Assembly (NCBI GenBank): GCA_000934665.2
Contig: KZ538003.1
Span: 1-64,000, forward strand
DNA from: Catajapyx aquilonaris
Lineage: Eukaryota
Direction of reading: 5' to 3'
Length of the DNA stretch: 64,000 nt
Shown: piece by piece, positions 54,737 through 64,000 of the stretch
Layout: the number at the start of each line of letters is the position of its first letter
Numbering within the stretch: the stretch's first letter is position 1
The notes under the pieces: model-generated
The model's database searches: none
Seen by the model: only the letters and a program-made list of their open reading frames with translations
What the model was told of the DNA's origin: nothing
Program-made: the position numbers and the translations under genes

Positions 54737-56224
54737 CATAATGTAGACATGCAGCACGTCCAGGCCGTAATTAATGTCCTAATTGTAGGAGTCCCTTGCG
54801 CTAAAAACACGGCAGCCTATGATTACGAAACGGGGGCGGAGGGAGGGGGTGGTGGTTGGGGGGTTGGGGGTGATTTTTTAATCACGTCGTGACACGCCAG
54901 GGTTGATGCCATCTCCATCATCATTGCAACCGGGGGGGTGGTTTCCCTCCTATAATTCCACTGCCGGCGTCGCAAAGCCGACGGACTACTTGTTCACGTC
55001 ACAAACGTGGTCACCGCGAGTCAACAACTGCTGGAACAAATTAAGCTAAATTATTAATTTCCCGTCCCGTGTCCGGGAAAGCAAAGGATGCATGCCTCGT
55101 ATGGCTTATTATCCTCTGTACCTACCTGGGCGACACTTTCATGTATACCGTATTTTTTGTGTGTGTGTCCATCTGCGTGCATGCGTTCGTGACGACATTA
55201 TCATTCATCATTATCCGGGGAATCCCATTATAACAGTGGTGGTGGCCAAGTGTAATTTCTCTTACTAGGCTTTGCTGTCAGAGTGAGCAATGTCCCCTCA
55301 GTATATACCCGCGTATATTATATGAGAGGGGGAAAAGGGGGTTGGGGAGAGGTCGCTTTCTCTTGGCCTCTCGGACACATTTCCACTTTTGACAGCGGCC
55401 TTTGCAATTATAATAGTCCAGTCCGCCGCATACATTTCACGCGCCGTTACCCTACTTGCCAACCTGTCACCAGGACAGCCTAAAATATTGTCATCCGATG
55501 TGTTTCTCAAGGGGGTGGGTCCTTCTTAGTATTATTTTTAGCTATTTTTTCAGCTACTTGCTAATAGCTTTTTCGGTGCCTTTCCCCTACTGAAATGACT
55601 GCAGTATTGTGCTCTAAAGCGACTGTCAGTTTGTCGCCCCGGGGCTGAAGAAGCAACGTAAAGCACATCGTTGTTCAAAAGAGTATCGATAATCGAATGG
55701 TCTTTTGAATCCGGCGCCGTTCCCCATCTGAGAGAGGGGCCAAAAATCGAGCAAACACAGGAACAAACAAGGGCTGAGTAACCGTTCCATCAGTGACCCT
55801 TTTGGTGGGGCCAAACTCTATACAAGTCCTCCCCCTCGACTCTCTTTCATCCATCTGAATTTTATCGACGGCATCGCGCTCGGGTGTCTCTCTGGCTGTT
55901 GTCGGCTCCAAAAGGGGGGCGCCTCCAGTACACAAGAGACGATTATTGTACGCACGCAAACGTTTGAAACCAGCAGCCTTTTCCTTGTAATCAAGCCTTA
56001 GGGGGGGGAGGTGAATCGGTGATCAAAGTGTACCGTGTAGATAGCCCATCGCATGTGCGCTCAAAGAAAGTTGGCCCGAGTTGTCCTGAGGGAGGGCGTG
56101 GCGATTAGCCGACGGGAATTAGCTTGTATTGTTGTTCCGAGACCTTTGCCGCAATGAAATATTCAGGATGGTTGTGGTGCGTGTGCTGAAGTCTAACATG
56201 ACTGTTCTCTCTCTCTCTTTGCAG

Positions 56225-56351
56225 AGAATGTCTCGGGACAAGTAGCCGCTTCTGCAGATTGTCCCGACGCTGACAGGTCAAAAGGTCGAGTCGTGATCGC
56301 CAGGAGCAGCTTCTGAATCCTTTGAGATGCACAACACTGAAGGCAACACCG
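56225..56351 (+). other. Candidate 127-nt exon with stops in all three frames (UTR or lncRNA)
   Basis: ctaac branch site (56193-56197), long pyrimidine tract ending tttgcag, and ccg|gtgagt donor. Confidence 0.5.
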
Positions 56352-56387
56352 GTGAGTACACAGTCCACTGAAAACTTTGAATTCATA

Positions 56388-56504
56388 AAAATATTCACTC
56401 AGGTGCATTTTTCATACATTTATGCAGACGTGAATTAAAATATTCACTAAGGTGCATAAATTTATTTTCGTACATTATGCAGACGTTAATAAAAATACTC
56501 ACTC
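56388..56504. repeat. ~50-bp tandem repeat (2.3 units), TGCATAA family
   Basis: aaaatattcact..ggtgcat....tacatt.atgcagacgt units begin at 56388, 56437 and 56492; related words at 60310-60432. Confidence 0.8.
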
Positions 56505-59500
56505 GCCTGCAGCTACTATATTGTGTGCATAAATTAGTTAGAATGGGCTAGGTGGACAATATGAATATTTCATGCATTTTAATTGCCTCTCCACAACGGG
56601 CGTATGCAACAAAATAAGCGCCATCTTGTGACGATATCTGTTTAGTGTTGTTGCGGCCCATTGTATTGACACCTCTTTTCTGGCTTTGAATCAAGCGCGT
56701 ATGCAAAGAGTGCAAGGCAAGATGTGAGCCACTAGTTGCGCTCTGTGGCTGGGAATAGGCCAACTAATAATTTTTCGCTTCCCAGCAGGGGTTTTTGCGA
56801 ATTTTTTTTGCGGAGTTTGGAGGTCTGGTGCACAGGGTGGGTGTTCCCCTGTTCTCTGAATTCAGTGCTCGTTGGAGATTACTTTTTGCGCAATGAACTT
56901 GCAGGCGGAAAATTGTTCCCGCCCTAGTTTCATGTGACACGGTTGCTCGGATTAAAACTCCTGGCCGCTTGACTGCTACAAACACATGCAGAGTGCGTTT
57001 TGGTCCCTTGCGAAATTAATTGGATAGGGAAATGCGTGCGTCTGGCTAGAGAAAGAGAGCTGTTTTTGTTCTGATGATACAACTCTCAAAAAAAATATTC
57101 TCACCGCATATTTTTTTAAATTGCTGTTGAAGCTTCCAGCTCGGTGTGTAATAGGCGGCGAAATTCTCTCAAAGCCCACCAGCCATCAGGTGTGTGATGG
57201 AACAAAATAATATTAATAATTCAAATATTAGAATAGACGGCGAATAGTGTTCGTCAAGTATTGCAAGTTCAACTGCACATTGCATTTATGAATATGTTGA
57301 TCACATGAAAATTGAAAATAAAATAGTTGATCATTTCCTGCATCTGGTAATAATAAATGTTGTACCCTGCGGTACATTTCAACATGCCACCGATCCTCAC
57401 AATAGTGCGCAATAATATCGGAATCGAAATTCAAATGCATTGAAGCAATTAGCCCATAATAAATTGATACAATTGCCCTTCCCCCCTCCCCCTCAAACCC
57501 TCCCATCCAGCTCTAATAATAAATATTTCATCCGGTTGTGAATCACCATTTTTGCGTTGAAACACGTGTTTTCGCAAATGGGGTATCATTGGTTATTAAT
57601 GAAGAGCATCAGGAGCAGGGTTGGGATAAAGTGTGTGTCTGTCTCCCTGCTGTCGGAGGTTGGGGTCGAGAAGGGGGGTGGGGTGGGGTGGGCTATTTAA
57701 TTTGGGGGCACATTCCGTGGCCCACCAATGAGTGATCGCCGCCAGGCCTCGGAATGTAATCATCAGGCTGTATCCGGGCGTGCAAGTGCTGGCTGCCGCA
57801 CCTTATGGAGTCCTCAAAGCGGTTTGCTGGCGTTCCCTCCCCGATACAAACCGTCCCAAGAATATTAGACTTCAAGCCCCTTTCCCTCATTAATCTTTAC
57901 AGCGCGACGATAGCATTACCATGAAAACAGGGAAGCCGTCCGACGCTCTTTGGGAATTTCCAATCGAGGGGTGTCCAACTGTTTCTTTCCCTCAGTGCCT
58001 CAGAAGAGATAAAATGTTATTCAGCCATAAGGCAAAAGAGGCAGGCTAAAAAGCGTAGCTGCGACATTGTTTTTTTTCCATTGTCAAGTCTCCTTGCTTG
58101 AGACTAAGAGAGTGAGCTAGATAGAGATCAAAGACGGCGTCGGCGCCTTTTGGAGGACCCTAATTAGGAGTTCCAAGTGGTCATATCCCCGAGTGCCTCG
58201 CAGTTCTAACTGCAGAATGAGAAATGAGGCATGATTGGCGGTTTCATTACCAAGAGGGAGATTCGGCGTTGGGGAGGACTCCAACCGTTTCCATCCCAGT
58301 GTCCATCTCCTCTCACTGAAATATTGTTCTCCGCTGTTGTCCGCAGCTTGCCCGAGCACAAGGAACAGAATGAGAGAGAGAGAGAGAGAGACTATTGCTC
58401 TTCTATAGATTCAGGAGGTCCAAGCTGCTGCAGTTAGGTTCATGCAGTCAAACAGCGACAACGCTACTAGCGATAACGCTCACCTTTCACGCTAATAGCG
58501 TTTATGCTCACACAAAATATCATGTTCTCAAACCGTTATTTTTTTTTGTAAAAAAAAAAGTTTAATTGCAAGTACCCTTCTACTTTGGTCATTTTCACGT
58601 GTTAGGAAATAAACCCATGGCGCTGGAATCAAGCGAGATTATCGTCAGTCTTTTGGCTCATTTAGCGGTTGGGCGGTAGTTGTTAGGTCCAGCCAGCAGG
58701 GGCTTTCCAACTTTATGCTGGGCTGTTCCGCATGGAATTGGGATGGTTGGGAGAGGGAGAGAGAGAGAGAGCTGCAGTGGTGTAATTATAATCGCTCTAT
58801 TATTTCCTGACTACAGATAATCCTTTGCATACAGTGAATGTGCAAAATCGGCCATCATGCAAATCGGTAGGTCCTGATTGGTTCAAACCACTTCACAAAT
58901 ATGCGGCGAATTATCATAATTACAGACTGCCGGTGTATTACACACCCCTTGTATTCGGGAACTGCGGATTTTTTTTTTGGCCGAAAAAAAGGGGGGCGAA
59001 ACTTTAGGGAAATTGCGGAGAACGAAAGGAATTAAGGGGCTTACCGGCAGCGAGTTCGATAGATAGGCTTATGGCCCAGTGTGCCAGGGCATTAATTTTC
59101 CGGGCGGGTCCAAAGAGCAATCTCGGATTGGACGCAACGCTCTGCACAGCCATTGTCATAATTACGCTTCCAGCCTTCAAATGAATTGTCGCCAATGGGA
59201 TGTTTATCCCAGTCCCCCAGCAGCACCAAGAATCCTTTTTGCCTCTACACTATGCTGTGCTTGGCCATGTAACTTATATATAGAGAGAGGACAACAACAA
59301 CAACAAAAATGGCGGAAATCTAGCAAACTCCCTCCGGTAGCTTGGAGCCGACTTTCAGGGTTCCTTTATTGACATATAATAGCAAAGTCTTGTAACGCGA
59401 AACAGGGACTAATCAAGATAATGTGCAAAATTTGTTCGCTGATGCTTACAATGGATGACTCTTGTCTCTGGACATGGATTTCAAATTACCGTGCCATGCA

Positions 59501-62500
59501 GCCCTCCCCCTCTACTCCCCTCTTCCTCCTTCCTCCTCCTCCTCTCGATGCTTTTACGCCACTTCCACTCCCCCGGTTTGCAACTTTTAACGATTTTTGG
59601 CATTTTTCATCGGCCACCACTTCTTCGGGAGGGAACTAGATTTGCAACGCCATCTCACGTGAGCATCCATTTGATTGCTGTCAAAGCCATTGGAGAAGAT
59701 GGCGGGGGCTGATGAACGCTTTCTGCCAAGCCCGACTAAATCTGATGAGGCGTCTCTTATCATCTGCTTTATTCATTTGGCCGCCCGGAAACTTCTCCTG
59801 TCAATTTGCTAATGCAATTTGTCTGCTATTCTACCCTTATTAATTAGACAACTCCAGTTCTGTGCTAATGAATTTCGCAATTGAAATCCTTTGTTTCCCA
59901 CCCCCCCTCTCCCTCCCTCCCCTTCCCCCGCCCTCCTTTTCTGCGGAGGTAATATTAAAAACAAGGGGCTTCTTTAACTCTTCCCCGGGAACAAAGCACG
60001 CCTTTCATCAATAATGACATCAAACCTGCCGAGGCTTCCGCCAGGCAGGCAGGAAACCGGGCTTTCATTAGGCCGTTTGCTGATGGGCAAGACGCGGAAG
60101 CAAGAAGGCGAAAGGAAAATGCTGCTGATGAGAAGGGAAGGTGGGTGGGTGGAAAGGAGGAAGGAGGAGGAATGGTGGGAGGATGGAAAAGAAGGCCCCC
60201 CCGCCCCCGAATTCCTCCCCGGATACTAGTTATACGGAGGTCAAAGGATTACAACCTGGGCGACACCAGGAATGTCTCATAAGTGAGTTGTAATTACAAG
60301 TGCTCTCAGGTTATGCATTTCGTACGGTGCATAAATAAATGAATATTTTATGCATCATGTTGCATAAGTACTGTAAGTGCGTAATTTGATGCATCCTGTA
60401 GTTGGGTTCTAATATTTTTATGCACTCAGAGTGACTTTGATCTTCAGGTGCTATCAAGAGATACGGCCCCCTTGATATATCCAAGTGGAATGACCAACGC
60501 AATTCTAATTAGTGAAATTTAACCACAAACATACCGCTAAAACATTAAAATGGAGGCAAAGGGGAGGTAGTTGGCGAGAGGAAGTAAAAGAGCTGAGGCC
60601 GGCGGGCGGGGTAGTAATAGGAAAAAGCCCTGGTCCATTGTGTAATTGCGGGTAATCCGAGGGAGTGTTTGCGATGGTCACTTGCAAGAGTGATTAGCGT
60701 CCCGCATCAGTAGCAGGGGTTGTCACGTGAGGTGCGTGCATGAGGGTCGCTCCTTGGCCCAACGTGTATGCGTCACGGAGAGCCGGCATTTAGGGCGGTA
60801 TCTACCCCCTACCTCCCTTCCCTCCACTGCAACTGAATTCTCCTAATTAAAAGAATCAACTTCCTAGCCGAGTGTAAAATGAAGGCAATCACGGGAGTCG
60901 CGTGACCAGCGCCAGCTTTTCACAGGATGGAGGGCGGGGTGGGAATAGGTTGGGTGGGTGGGTTTGGTGGGGAGGGTAAAGGAGATGAAGGTTTCGATGA
61001 CGGGTTGTGGAGAGAGAGAGAGAGGTTTTTTAAAGCCTGTGGATATGAAATAGGCATATCTCACCTGGATTGAAATGTATAGGTAATTGCAAAAATCAAC
61101 TGTATAGAGTACACTAAAATGACATATGAATTGTGAAATTTGTTAGGCTGAAAAGTGGGCCAAGAATTAATAAATCAATGTTAGCTTAAAATTCATATTT
61201 TAAAACATGGGCTATTCCATTGAATGCTTTTAGGTAAATAACGGGGGTTCAATCAGAATATGACATGCGAAGCCTATCTTTTTCAGATAATGTGACAGAC
61301 GTTTTTGAGACATTGTCGTCGTAACCCTATGATTTTATAGGCTCTGTCCCCCCAAAAAAAGTCTCAAAAGAATTGAAGATATCAGAGCTCCCATTGTGAC
61401 TTTTTGAATACAGAAAGAGGCCGGCTTGCTTTTGATGGTCAGACCACTTTTGCAAATTCCTCATGCATGAATCCTTCTAACTTGGCCCTACATTCAACTA
61501 TCTTTTTCCCCCGCAGGTACTAAAACTATCAATATTTTCCAGCTATTATTATGTAGATTGACTCTTCAATGTTTCCTCGGGTCATATAAAATGTACGAAA
61601 TGAGAGTTGTTATGTGACCCTGCACTGCAAAAGAAGAGTTTCCGTCCCCCCCTCTTTCACTTTAATGTAACCCCCCATCCTCGTCCAGCTTTTGCCTCGC
61701 TTTCGTAGTCAGCTAATTTTCGAAACGGTTTAAGGATGCTCGACCTCGTCGGATTGTCATTTCCGTCGGAGGGGTAACAGGGCCTGCCAGACTTGATTGA
61801 ATCAGAAAGGACTGGAGAGGCCACTCTTGTGCCAGGAAACTCAGACGTTTTGGCTCCTAAAGGCGTGTCTTCTTTTTTTGCAGATGGCAAGTTTCTGCTG
61901 TTAGTATTTTTGCGTTTTTAGACATTTCGTCGGACGTGTTTTTTTCGAGTTAGAGTTGTTAACGGCTTTTCCCGCCATTTTAACGTCTTTTTCCGGCCAT
62001 TTTGACCAACGCTTATTTTCATAAGCTAAGGACTGGTTTTAAGGTAGGGAATATAGGCCTCTGTGTGTAGCTCGCCTCCGCCTGAGGCTTTTTCCTCCTT
62101 TTCTCCTTGACTTGAGGACATTTACTGCTTGACTCCTGTCTCCGACAGCTTCCCATGCTGCCTTCTCCGCGCTCTCCTGAGAAAACGCCATTTCTTAAAG
62201 TGATTGGGTTAAGTGCTCTATTGTAATCATCCATACAAGACAATCCCATTATAACGTCCCCCAAACTTTCCTCCGCTCTATTTTCTCCGCGGAGCATTAG
62301 CCGAGAGAGGACACTTGATGTTTTCTCCCTCTCTCTTTCTCTCTCTCTCTCTCTCTTCTCTCTCTGCCAAATGAAAATAAATCCTTTTGCTAATAGACTG
62401 GTACATGAATTTGCTATTATTTTCAAGGAAGAATGATATACATGGTAAACGGAATCCGAGAATGCACTTTGCCTCTTGTCAGCCGACTCGAGTCAGCAAA

Positions 62501-62657
62501 AAGGGGGAGGGAGGGAAGTTCCTCCCACCCCCGCCTTCCCCCACCCTCAAATTTGATACGACGATAAAGTTGATGATTCTCGACCCGGAGTCGCGCTGCT
62601 TGCCCGGAGTTTTTTTTCCGTCTTGGATCATTTTTTGGGGGGAGCAAACTTCCGCTT

Positions 62658-62901
62658 AGCTAACTTTTTTGGGGGTTCAAGTCAGTACATGCTGGCTATG
62701 GACAAGATGATTGCAGATTTCATGTTTAGCACCGGATAACTTATTCGCATTCAACTAATTTGCAAAAAGATTAATATTGGAGCTAACTTCCTATATAGCG
62801 GTTCAATCATGAACATGGTTGCATGCTGAAACAGTGGACATGATGATTGCGAATTTCCTGGTGTTTAGCATACATTTTCAGTAGCAATCAGAAAATTTGC
62901 A
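62658..62901. repeat. Degenerate ~125-140 bp tandem duplication
   Basis: Colinear anchors agctaactt (62658/62781), ggttcaa, catgctg, tggaca.gatgattgc, tgtttagca, aatttgca. Confidence 0.7.
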
Positions 62902-63133
62902 GACCCTTTTTTCGTTTCATGCAAAACGTGTACCCGTGCGGGAGCATGAGGAGTTAATTCATATATTTTGTAATGTAATGGCCTTAATGAGCGTGTTTCT
63001 AGTTGATCGGCATGTAGACATTATAACATGACTGTGACTTGGCGTAATGAAGTCCAGCCCGGCTGCAGCCCGGTCATTACACGGAGACAGCGGGCCCTAA
63101 TTATCGCAAAAAGCAATATAATTAACTTTGCAG

Positions 63134-63412
63134 GCCTACTTGACGAGCATGTGTTATATCATGGTCCACAGGGGGATCACACGTTTCTACTTGTGTGTTC
63201 CCGGCATGTGGGCCTTTGTGAAACATTATCAGAGACAAGAAGGGGGGATTCTGGAGCTACTTTGTTCTTCATTCACGCGGCTTGACTGGAGCGACAGGTT
63301 CGGGCCTTATCTGACGTTTCCCGGGTTCAGCTTGTACGACATTGTGCCCAAGGGCACAAACTCCAGTTACACAACTCGGGACATGCACAAGAACTTGTTA
63401 CCTCTGGCCTGA
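63134..63412 (+). CDS. Candidate terminal coding exon / small ORF of unknown function
   Basis: tttgcag acceptor then 92 open codons to TGA. 62 of 92 third positions are G/C by manual count; in-frame ATG at 63149; AATAAA at 63488 and 63499. No recognisable domain. Confidence 0.33.
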   Translation, partial: AYLTSMCYIMVHRGITRFYLCVPGMWAFVKHYQRQEGGILELLCSSFTRLDWSDRFGPYLTFPGFSLYDIVPKGTNSSYTTRDMHKNLLPLA

Positions 63413-64000
63413 AACCGGTCCAGAACAGGCTTCTGAGGATTGATTCGAGGGAAGCTGGCGGTATACTGTACATGGTGTACTATGTGAAATAAAATTTAAA
63501 TAAATAATGTGGCCTCGGAAAACTGCTTCATCAGCAACATCCTTCTAAAGCAGATTATTGGCTTCCTTATTGACGCTCTTTCCGCAATTGGCGTCACACG
63601 GAAATGATGCTGAATTTTTTCCCCCGTGCAGTATAGGCTTAAAAAAATGGAAATGAGTGCGGACACATTTCCAGCCAGAAAAACCTGGTTTCACGACAAT
63701 ATTCCCGCGTTGCAGTTAGCGGAATTGCTGGCTAAAACTGGTGCTTTATATCCCCCTCGCTGTTATGCATTTGTGCTTATGAGTCCCGCGCATAACTCAT
63801 CCGGCCGGGGCTGCAAAAAGTCCGCCAGAAATGTTAGGAGGACACGCATTGAACGAGGGATTTAACTGTATTATAAATAGTTCCGCTTCCCACCCACCAG
63901 GGGCGCTGATTTATCCCATTGCGCAGGCGTAGAACAGGAAAAAGCCGCACACAAACAGCGAAAGGGTTTTAATATTAGAGATAGTGAAATTGCTGAGTGC

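Noticed and set aside
1..64000. Hox-cluster miRNAs (miR-10, iab-4/8, miR-993) and telomeric TTAGG arrays
   Set aside because: Searched by eye for their mature sequences and tandem arrays; none found, so the locus identity is not established.

Overview
Eukaryotic, probably arthropod-like, non-coding DNA (gene desert or very long intron) from a draft assembly with a 93-N gap at 23455-23547. No ORF in the track is a recognisable protein, and I see no rRNA, complete tRNA, CRISPR array or prokaryotic operon. By eye the window is a kilobase-scale mosaic. G/C-run-rich, TAATTA-containing blocks alternate with 0.1-0.6 kb AT-rich islands, many holding decayed non-autonomous DNA transposons: TA-CAGGGTG (Tc1/mariner-type) MITEs, a CAGTGAAACCTG (pogo/Tigger-type) MITE family with one nested insertion, two Helitron-like 5' fragments and short-word repeat clusters. 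The best candidate for hidden function is a set of widely spaced + strand exon-like segments (15642-15679, 31950-31996, 56225-56351, terminal 63134-63493). These could form a long spliced RNA ending in an 87-92 codon ORF. There are also a triple-CCAAT/TATA promoter candidate and two loci with tandem YY1/Pho-type motifs. All functional calls are inference from sequence only; I cannot demonstrate a novel system.
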